DNA of 5,467 nucleotides from a virus. The notes beneath the pieces are model-generated. The model was given only the letters and a program-made list of their open reading frames with translations. It did not search any database and was not told the DNA's origin. A program made the translations under genes and the position numbers. The DNA is taken from positions 1-5,467 of the IMG/VR virus record IMGVR_UViG_3300045988_005187. One strand, given 5' to 3'. Below, piece by piece: positions 1-5,175 of this stretch (positions within the stretch are counted from its first letter, which is position 1; each line of letters begins with the position of its first letter).

Positions 1-42
1 GTTTACAACCTGGAAGAGGAAAAAAAGCATGAAAATCTTTAA
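1..42 (+). CDS. Duplicated 3' end of the VP5-like gene (same sequence as 5369..5410). It is partial only because the circle was linearised here.
   Basis: Frame 1 reads VYNLEEEKKHENL then a stop, identical to the C-terminus of the 5165..5410 product. Confidence 0.85.
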   Translation, partial: VYNLEEEKKHENL

Positions 43-99
43 ACCCTACGAGGACGAAAAACCGGAAAGCAGACCGAACGACGCCGGGAACATCATGGA
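1..99. repeat. Terminal direct repeat, copy 1. It is identical to 5369..5467 and is the assembly overlap of a circular genome with a 5368-nt unit.
   Basis: Base-by-base reading shows gtttacaacctggaagaggaaaaaaagcatgaaaatc...catcatgga at 1..99 and again at 5369..5467. Reading frames continue across the junction. Confidence 0.95.
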
Positions 100-526
100 G
101 CCGCAGTATAAGGAACGCTACGACGAAAACGGCAAAGCATACCTGGAAAAAGTGGGCGAAGTAAACACTTATGAAAAAATCCAGAGCTACAGGGACGAAT
201 GCGACGTCATGAGCATTCTGAGCAGATACGCAGCTGGCGACCAGACCGCACTCGCACGACCTGGCTACTACATCGACACCAGCAAACTCCCGCAAACGTA
301 CACAGAGTGGCTAAACCTGATGAACGAAAAACGAGATCAGTTCGACGCGCTGCCGCTGGAAGTCAAAAAGGCATTTGACATGAGCTTTGAAACCTGGGCA
401 GCAAACGCAGGCGAAGAAGAGTGGCTCAAAAAAATGGGCATTATGACGAAAAATGATGCTGCAGCACAACAGCCTGATACAGCAGTATCACCAAAGGAGG
501 AAGAAAAGCATGAACCGAAACAGTGA
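29..526 (+). CDS. VP3: Internal scaffolding protein VP3 (Gokushovirinae/Chlamydia-phage scaffold family), 165 aa
   Basis: SD GAGGA at 16..20 lies 8 nt before the ATG. The product is acidic with the conserved-looking core ...MSILSRYAAGDQTAL...YIDTSKLPQTYTEWLN...FDALPLEVKKAF, typical of gokushovirus VP3. It sits immediately upstream of the capsid gene and overlaps it. The ATG overlaps the stop of the upstream VP5 gene on the circle. Confidence 0.8.
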   Translation: MKIFKPYEDEKPESRPNDAGNIMEPQYKERYDENGKAYLEKVGEVNTYEKIQSYRDECDVMSILSRYAAGDQTALARPGYYIDTSKLPQTYTEWLNLMNEKRDQFDALPLEVKKAFDMSFETWAANAGEEEWLKKMGIMTKNDAAAQQPDTAVSPKEEEKHEPKQ

Positions 527-2150
527 ACAGCATTACAGTCAGGTTCCACACGCAGAAATCAGGCGCAGCAGCTTTAAGAGAGACTTCGGCCTGTTGACCA
601 CGATGAACGAAGGCGACTTGGTACCGATCTACTGCGACGAAGTACTTCCGGCAGATACATTCAAGATCAATGTTAACGGCCTGATCAGAATGGCGACTCC
701 GCTTTATCCGGTCATGGATAACGCGTATGTCGACTTCTACTTTTTCTTCGTGCCGGCACGCCTGCTCTGGAAGCACTTCGAAAACCTCATGGGCCAGAAC
801 GACAGCACCTTCTGGGCAGAAACGGTAGACTATACAACGCCGCAGACCAAAGCACCAACAGGTGGCTGGAAGGTAGGCACCATCGCGGACTACTTCGGGA
901 TCCCGACAGGCGTAGCAAACCTGAGTGTCAACAGCATGCCACTCCGCGCATATGCGAAGATCTGGAACGAATGGTTTAGGGACGAAAACCTGCAACAGCC
1001 GGTGACCATGAGCCAGGACGACGCAACCACGCAAGGCAGCAACACCGGCACGGCGCTGACCGACGCAGAAGCCGGAGGGCTGCCACTCAAAGTGGCAAAA
1101 TACAAAGACTACTTTACAAGCTGCCTCCCATCGCCACAAAAAGGCGAAGCAATAACCATCAGCCTGACAGGTAACGCACCTGTAGAACTCTTTACGGACA
1201 ACAACTTAACAAATCAGCTCACAGAAAGAATTTACCTGGGAAACGGCAGCGCGTCAACAGCAAACAAGCAGAATACTTATATCGGCAGATCATTCTCAAA
1301 CGACAAAGCGGTAACTGTAAGCGGCACATCAACAGCAACAGGAACAACCATCAATAACGGTGTACTGGGAGCAAACTTGCAAGACATCGCAGCAACAACC
1401 ATCAACGAATTGCGGAACGCGATCGCAGTACAGCACATTCTGGAACGAGACGCAAGGACCGGCACCCGGTACAAGGAAATCTTGCAGGGAGCATGGGGCG
1501 TAACCAGTCCGGATGCACGACTTGACCGAAGCGAGTATATCGGCGGGTACAGAATGCCGATCAACATCAATCAGGTGGTGCAGACGTCGAGCACCGACAG
1601 CACGAGCCCGCAGGGCAACACCGGCGCATATAGCTTGACGACCCTAAGTCGCAAAATGTGCACCTACTCGGCAACAGAACATGGCTACGTAATCGGACTG
1701 GCAGCAATCAGGGTAGATCACAGCTATCAGCAAGGTCTGAGCCGGATGTGGACACGCAGCACACGGTTTAGCTACTACGACCCGATGCTGGCCAACCTTG
1801 GCGAACAAGCGGTGCTGAATCAGGAAATCTATGCACAAGGCAACGCCAAAGACACGGAGGTCTTTGGCTATCAGGAAGCCTGGGCAGACTACAGGTATCG
1901 CACCAACATGATCACAAGCGAGATGCGCAGCACATACGCTCAGACACTCGACGCGTGGCACTACGGCGACAAATATACGAGCCTGCCGACGCTATCAAAC
2001 AACTGGATCAAAGAGGGCACGGAAAACATCGACCGCACGCTGGCAGTTCAAAGCAGCAACACGCACCAGTTTATTGCGAACCTCTACTTCGACCAGACAT
2101 GGACAAGACCCATGCCGATCTACAGCGTGCCTGGACTGGAAACGATCTAA
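510..2150 (+). CDS. VP1: Major capsid protein VP1 (Microviridae F-protein family), 546 aa from the ATG at 510
   Basis: It lies within the 453..2150 ORF. SD AAGGAGG at 494..500 lies 9 nt before ATG 510, whereas ATG 453 has no SD. N-terminus MNRNSEQHYSQVPHAEIRRSSFKRDFGLLTTMNEGDLVPIYCDEVLPADTF. Further conserved blocks are YFGIP, MPLRAYAKIWNEWFRDENLQ, CLPSPQKG, TINELRNAIAVQHILERDARTGTRYKEILQGAWGV and SPDARLDRSEYIGG, matching the gokushovirus VP1 pattern as I recall it. Confidence 0.95.
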   Translation: MNRNSEQHYSQVPHAEIRRSSFKRDFGLLTTMNEGDLVPIYCDEVLPADTFKINVNGLIRMATPLYPVMDNAYVDFYFFFVPARLLWKHFENLMGQNDSTFWAETVDYTTPQTKAPTGGWKVGTIADYFGIPTGVANLSVNSMPLRAYAKIWNEWFRDENLQQPVTMSQDDATTQGSNTGTALTDAEAGGLPLKVAKYKDYFTSCLPSPQKGEAITISLTGNAPVELFTDNNLTNQLTERIYLGNGSASTANKQNTYIGRSFSNDKAVTVSGTSTATGTTINNGVLGANLQDIAATTINELRNAIAVQHILERDARTGTRYKEILQGAWGVTSPDARLDRSEYIGGYRMPININQVVQTSSTDSTSPQGNTGAYSLTTLSRKMCTYSATEHGYVIGLAAIRVDHSYQQGLSRMWTRSTRFSYYDPMLANLGEQAVLNQEIYAQGNAKDTEVFGYQEAWADYRYRTNMITSEMRSTYAQTLDAWHYGDKYTSLPTLSNNWIKEGTENIDRTLAVQSSNTHQFIANLYFDQTWTRPMPIYSVPGLETI

Positions 2151-2162
2151 AGAGGTAAGGGC

Positions 2163-3110
2163 ATGGCAGTACTTGAAACACTTGCAGGACTTTTGCCGAT
2201 CATAACCGGAGGTGTGAGCCTCGCTGGACAGCTAGGAAAAACCATAAAAGACCTGACCAGCAGCACAACCAGCAGCGGCAACACAAGCAGCGGCATGGGG
2301 CAGATGGGCATGAACACGAGCTTCGGAAACACCGCAAGCAGCGGAAGCATGACCAGCAACACAACAACCAGCGGAAGCAACTGGCAGCAAGGCAGCATAT
2401 CAGGAATCGCAAGCATACTCAACAGCGCTCTGGGGACACCAACAGGAAACAACGCGACAGGGGCAGCAAACTGGAACGCAGGACAAGCAACCACAGCAAA
2501 CAATTTGCAAACAGGAATGTGGTCACTTGGAAACCTGATGAACCTGGGCAGCAATCTGGCAGCAAACGCAATGAATGCGGCAAGCCAAAGCAGCGCAATG
2601 CGCTATAATAGCGCAGAAGCGCAAAAACAAAGAGACTGGACAGAACGCATGAGCAATACGAGCTACCAACGAGGCGTCGCAGATCTCAAAGCAGCAGGGC
2701 TAAACCCAGTGCTGGCAGCATACAACGGCTACGGAGCAAACACAGGAGGCGGAGCAGAAGCGAGCCTGGGAGCACAAAGCTACAGCCACACACAGGCAAA
2801 CAGCATTCCAGCGGCAAAAATGGCCGAAATGCAAACAATGTACGACTACGGAAACAATACATCACAATTTTTACAACAAGCACAAGCAGCCATCAACGCA
2901 GCGCGGCAAATGGGTGGCCACAATGAAGAAACAGCATTCCGGCAGATCACAAGAGACATCGTAAGCAGCAGCGCAAAAGATGTCAGCGCACTGGCGAAAA
3001 CGGAACAGAGCGCAACAAGCGGAAACACCAGCACGACCGGCCACGGAACAGAAAAAAATTACGCGCTATCCGGAAAAGGGCAGCTGGAATACCAGAGCAA
3101 AAAAAAGTAA
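2163..3110 (+). CDS. VP2: Minor capsid / DNA pilot protein VP2 (H-protein analogue), 315 aa
   Basis: SD GAGGT at 2152..2156. The N-terminus [22 protein letters not shown] is hydrophobic and is followed by a long S/T/N/G/Q low-complexity region. The conserved core [36 protein letters not shown] (about 2613..2717) is characteristic of microvirus VP2. The gene sits directly after VP1. Confidence 0.87.
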   Translation: MAVLETLAGLLPIITGGVSLAGQLGKTIKDLTSSTTSSGNTSSGMGQMGMNTSFGNTASSGSMTSNTTTSGSNWQQGSISGIASILNSALGTPTGNNATGAANWNAGQATTANNLQTGMWSLGNLMNLGSNLAANAMNAASQSSAMRYNSAEAQKQRDWTERMSNTSYQRGVADLKAAGLNPVLAAYNGYGANTGGGAEASLGAQSYSHTQANSIPAAKMAEMQTMYDYGNNTSQFLQQAQAAINAARQMGGHNEETAFRQITRDIVSSSAKDVSALAKTEQSATSGNTSTTGHGTEKNYALSGKGQLEYQSKKK

Positions 3111-3141
3111 TTGACAAAAAAGGAAAGAGGGTGTATATAAT
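3111..3141 (+). promoter_or_regulatory. Sigma70-type promoter candidate for the RHH gene, and possibly for rep by read-through
   Basis: A perfect -35 TTGACA lies at 3111..3116. TATATA at 3134..3139 gives a 17-nt spacer, and it overlaps TATAAT at 3136..3141 (19-nt spacer), with TG at 3132..3133. It lies immediately after the VP2 stop and about 40 nt before the RHH start. Confidence 0.6.
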
Positions 3142-3179
3142 GAGTGTACCAATCGCACACTTAAAGTAGGAGGACAACA

Positions 3180-3374
3180 ATGAAAAACGTGACTAAAAGA
3201 ATCAACATCAATTTAACCGACCGTGAACAAACGGCACTTGAAGCACTCCAACACGAAATGACAACCCGAGGGTGGAACATGAACCAAAGTGACATCATCA
3301 GGGAAGCAATCGTATCATACTGTCACAAGATGACAGGTTACACGTTCGCAAATGAATGGCAAATGAAACAATAA
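3180..3374 (+). CDS. Small ribbon-helix-helix (CopG/Arc/MetJ-like) DNA-binding protein, 64 aa. Putative transcriptional regulator.
   Basis: Strong SD AGGAGG at 3168..3173 lies 6 nt before the ATG. The sequence fits the RHH pattern: beta strand KRININL, helix 1 TDREQTALEALQHEM, loop, helix 2 NQSDIIREAIVSY. It aligns by eye to pMV158 CopG (KKRLTITLSESVLENLEKMAREMGLSKSAMISVALENY). The fold call is pattern-based only. Confidence 0.6.
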   Translation: MKNVTKRININLTDREQTALEALQHEMTTRGWNMNQSDIIREAIVSYCHKMTGYTFANEWQMKQ

Positions 3375-3410
3375 TGCATATAATTGACAGTACGGTCAAG
3401 AAAATTGTGT

Positions 3411-3452
3411 CAGTGGGCCCATATACATCAAGAAGGGTATATGGGCCCACTG
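3411..3452. repeat. Perfect inverted repeat (hairpin/cruciform) with 16-bp arms and a 10-nt loop
   Basis: CAGTGGGCCCATATAC at 3411..3426 is the exact reverse complement of GTATATGGGCCCACTG at 3437..3452. The loop is ATCAAGAAGG. Each arm contains the palindrome GGGCCC. It lies between the RHH stop (3374) and the rep SD/ATG (3459/3474). No T-tract follows on the + strand. Confidence 0.9.
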
Positions 3453-3473
3453 AGGTAAGAGGGTGAATAATCC

Positions 3474-4577
3474 ATGGGATGCACACAACCGCTAATACGA
3501 TTTAAAGATGGACGAATAACAAGCCTCAAAAAATACTTGTACTGCGACGGACTGGCAAAGCGGGACGGCATCATAATCGACGGTATCAGCGTAACCAGCA
3601 ACGAAACAGAACTTAAAAATGCAATAAGGCTAGAAGAAGCAACACTTATACCGTGCGGGAGCTGCACCGGCTGCAAACTGGCAGCATCAAGCAGCTGGGC
3701 GAACAGAATGGAAATGGAACTGCCATACCACGAACAAGCATGGTTTTTGACACTGACCTACAACGAAGAAACAGTACCGTACAGAATGACATGGGACAAC
3801 CTGACAGGAGAAGTGCTCACAGAAAACTTGAGCCTATGCTATCAGGACATGCAAAAATTCTGGAAGAGGCTGAGAAGATACTTAGAATACCACAACAAAG
3901 CAACAGAAAATTTGATGTACTTCCAAGCCGGTGAATACGGAGGAAAAACACACAGACCACACTATCACGCAATAGTGTACGGACTAAACATCCAAAAAAA
4001 CGAGCTAAAGACATACAAGCAAAAAAACGGCTACACATACTATAACTGCGAATGGCTGGAAAAAATATGGGGTCTTGGGTATGTAGTACTGGCACCAGCA
4101 GAATGGCGAAACATGGCATACACAGCAAGATATACCACAAAAAAAATATACGGCAAAGAAGGAAAAGAATACTACAGCGAACTAGGAATAGAGCCAGAAC
4201 GCTGCATGATGAGCAAAAACCCAGCCATTGGAATGCAATACTACTTTGAGCACAAAGAAGAAATCTATCCGAAAGACAGCATACAGCTAAAAAGCGGAAG
4301 AGAAGTAAAACCACCAAGATACTTTGATAAGCTCTTTGATCTGGAACACTCAAAGAGCAAACCGCTATCCGAGGCAGAAAGTGAAGATATTGAAAACACA
4401 ATAGAAAAAGCCGAATCCGAAGAGCTGCAAGCCATCAAACGTGAACGGCGAAGAATCGCGAATGACGCACTTTTTGCAAAGCTCAGACAGACCGGCTTGA
4501 CCATGCAAGAATATTATGAACTACAAAACCAGAAAATGCAAGACAAAATGAAAAAATTGATAAGAGAGGAAGTATAA
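3474..4577 (+). CDS. VP4: Replication initiation protein VP4 (HUH rolling-circle endonuclease, phiX174 gene A family), 367 aa
   Basis: SD GAGGG lies at 3459..3463. Motif I is FLTLTY (3744..3761). The HUH motif is HYHAIVY (3960..3980). The two-tyrosine motif III YTARYTTKK (4119..4145) parallels phiX174 A protein YVAKYVNKK. A cysteine cluster PCGSCTGC lies near the N-terminus, as in gokushovirus VP4. Confidence 0.94.
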   Translation: MGCTQPLIRFKDGRITSLKKYLYCDGLAKRDGIIIDGISVTSNETELKNAIRLEEATLIPCGSCTGCKLAASSSWANRMEMELPYHEQAWFLTLTYNEETVPYRMTWDNLTGEVLTENLSLCYQDMQKFWKRLRRYLEYHNKATENLMYFQAGEYGGKTHRPHYHAIVYGLNIQKNELKTYKQKNGYTYYNCEWLEKIWGLGYVVLAPAEWRNMAYTARYTTKKIYGKEGKEYYSELGIEPERCMMSKNPAIGMQYYFEHKEEIYPKDSIQLKSGREVKPPRYFDKLFDLEHSKSKPLSEAESEDIENTIEKAESEELQAIKRERRRIANDALFAKLRQTGLTMQEYYELQNQKMQDKMKKLIREEV

Positions 4578-4656
4578 AGAACGGCTAAATAAGGGCACTA
4601 CATACAGCAAGCGGAAAACAGGCGCGCAGCGCTGAACCTGCTTTATGATTTAAATG

Positions 4657-4691
4657 GACCGGGACGGAGCATAGCTCCGCTCCGGTCTTTT
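4657..4691 (+). terminator. Candidate intrinsic terminator downstream of rep
   Basis: GACCGGGACGGAGC / GCTCCGCTCCGGTC forms 6 bp, then one mismatch and one G-U wobble, then 6 bp, around an ATA loop. TTTT follows at 4688..4691. It lies 80 nt after the rep stop. Confidence 0.5.
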
Positions 4692-4761
4692 AAGGTGCGC
4701 AGGGCTCCGCGCTGCCGATTACAGAAAAAGCTCCCATTATCGGAAAAAACATGAAAATCAG

Positions 4762-4799
4762 CAATGGCACGGAAAACGCCATTGTTTTTTTTTTTTTTT
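4762..4799 (+). terminator. Candidate intrinsic terminator with a 15-nt T-tract
   Basis: CAATGGC (4762..4768) pairs with GCCATTG (4778..4784) around a 9-nt loop. It is followed immediately by T15 (4785..4799). Confidence 0.55.
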
Positions 4800-4807
4800 G
4801 GTAAAAT
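4799..4807 (+). promoter_or_regulatory. Extended -10 promoter candidate (TGnTAAAAT) for the small basic protein / RHH2 / VP5 / VP3 / VP1 gene block
   Basis: TGGTAAAAT lies at 4799..4807, directly after the T15 tract, which may act as an A/T-rich UP-like element. There is no good -35. SD AAAGGAG at 4821..4827 and ATG 4835 follow. Confidence 0.4.
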
Positions 4808-4834
4808 TAGAGAAAAATAGAAAGGAGAAAAAAA

Positions 4835-4954
4835 ATGGCATACCGGAAAACCGTAAAACCGAAAATCGACAAGAAAGTCTTCACCAACACGGCGAAAAAA
4901 ACGAAGAAGATCAACGTCAACCCGAAACCGAGCCGAGGGGGCATCAGACTGTGA
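4835..4954 (+). CDS. Small highly basic DNA-binding/packaging protein (gokushovirus ORF8/VP8, analogue of phiX174 J), 39 aa
   Basis: It is absent from the supplied ORF track because it is too short. SD AAAGGAG at 4821..4827 lies 7 nt before the ATG. I translate it as MAYRKTVKPKIDKKVFTNTAKKTKKINVNPKPSRGGIRL then a stop. The F-x-x-TA ... RGGIRL C-terminus matches the Chlamydia-phage ORF8-type peptide (...LFSRTA...MRGGIRF) as I recall it. Confidence 0.78.
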   Translation: MAYRKTVKPKIDKKVFTNTAKKTKKINVNPKPSRGGIRL

Positions 4955-4986
4955 TTGGACGAGCACGACCAGGCGAAAACAAAGGC

Positions 4987-5175
4987 ATGACAAGTCTAAC
5001 CATCTACCTGACACCGGAGGACTTCGAGGAAATCCAAGACTGGCGGGAAGAATTTGTAACAACCTATAGTGACATTGCACGAAAGTGCATCAGAATCGGC
5101 CTGAAGCACAAAAACGAACTCTTTAAAGCGCTGGACAATGACCAGCAGAAAAGGAAGGAAAAATATGGAGTTTGA
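4987..5175 (+). CDS. Second small ribbon-helix-helix-like protein, 62 aa from ATG 4987. An alternative GTG start at 4951 would give 74 aa.
   Basis: This is the C-terminal part of the 4798..5175 ORF. MTSLTIYLTPEDFEEIQDWREEFVTTYSDIARKCIRIGLKHK fits the RHH pattern: strand LTIYL, helix 1 TPEDFEEIQDWREEF, helix 2 YSDIARKCIRIGL. ATG 4987 has only a weak SD. In-frame GTG 4951 overlaps the TGA of the upstream basic-protein gene (CTGTGA) and has GAGGGGG at 4935..4941, 9 nt upstream. The stop overlaps the VP5 start by 11 nt. Confidence 0.5.
   Translation: MTSLTIYLTPEDFEEIQDWREEFVTTYSDIARKCIRIGLKHKNELFKALDNDQQKRKEKYGV

Noticed and set aside
453-509. An upstream ATG (453 or 456) as the VP1 start, which would give the 565-aa form in the ORF track
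   Set aside because: No SD precedes 453. ATG 510 has AAGGAGG 9 nt upstream, and its N-terminus (MNRNSEQHYSQVP...) matches how gokushovirus VP1 proteins begin. The extra 19 codons lie inside VP3.
441-1139. A 232-aa minus-strand ORF, plus other minus-strand ORFs at 337..549, 890..1105, 1277..1570, 1644..1961, 2147..2554, 2200..2412, 2686..3180, 3298..3676, 3817..4401, 4265..4504, 4643..5080 and 5123..5398
   Set aside because: All lie antisense to well-supported + strand genes. They have no SD sites, and their products are Cys/Leu/Phe/Val-rich nonsense typical of reading the complement of A-rich codons. The T-poor sense strand makes antisense stop codons rare. Microviridae transcribe one strand only.
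1955-2158. Nested + strand ORFs in alternative frames (1955..2158 in VP1, 3653..3934 and 4052..4249 in VP4) as possible phiX-style overlapping genes, for example a lysis protein
   Set aside because: None has an obvious SD, a hydrophobic helix or a recognisable motif. They are most simply explained as chance open frames in stop-poor sequence.
3143-3161. A short inverted repeat AGTGT-N9-ACACT just downstream of the -10 element, as a possible RHH operator
   Set aside because: The arms are only 5 bp and cannot be extended, which is easily a chance occurrence. It is kept in mind only as a place to look in footprinting.
3140-3169. A mini-ORF ATG AGT GTA CCA ATC GCA CAC TTA AAG TAG (MSVPIAHLK) preceded by GAGGGTG, whose stop overlaps the RHH SD
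   Set aside because: Its ATG lies inside the predicted -10 hexamer, so it would be absent from transcripts starting at that promoter. At nine codons with no supporting evidence, the apparent SD is better explained as part of the repeated AAGAGGGTG block.
3384-3389. A second perfect TTGACA as the -35 of an independent rep promoter
   Set aside because: No acceptable -10 hexamer lies 16 to 19 nt downstream (GTGTCA/TGTGTC). The AATAAT at 3466..3471 is 76 nt away and too close to the rep ATG. It is reported instead as part of the duplicated motif blocks.
4643-4701. dif/XerCD-like fragments that would hint at XerCD-mediated lysogeny, as known for some enterobacterial gokushovirus prophages. TTATGATTTAAAT (4643..4655) resembles the XerD arm TTATGTTAAAT, and GGTGCGCA (4694..4701) matches 8 nt of the E. 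coli XerC arm.
   Set aside because: The two pieces are in the wrong order and lie about 40 nt apart, on either side of the terminator hairpin, rather than in an 11-6-11 arrangement. The XerD-like piece has a 2-nt insertion. A single 8-mer match is not improbable in 5.4 kb. This is worth revisiting only if a host dif sequence is known.
4751-4804. A short ORF MKISNGTENAIVFFFFW crossing the second terminator hairpin and the T-tract
   Set aside because: It has no SD. The phenylalanine run is just the T15 tract read in frame, and the ORF sits inside a predicted terminator.
4798-4986. The N-terminal 63 codons of the 125-aa ORF (TTG start, MVKLEKNRKEKKNG...)
   Set aside because: The start is non-ATG and sits inside the T-tract/promoter region. 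The product is low-complexity K/E/N/R. The same DNA encodes, in another frame, the canonical basic RGGIRL peptide with a proper SD.
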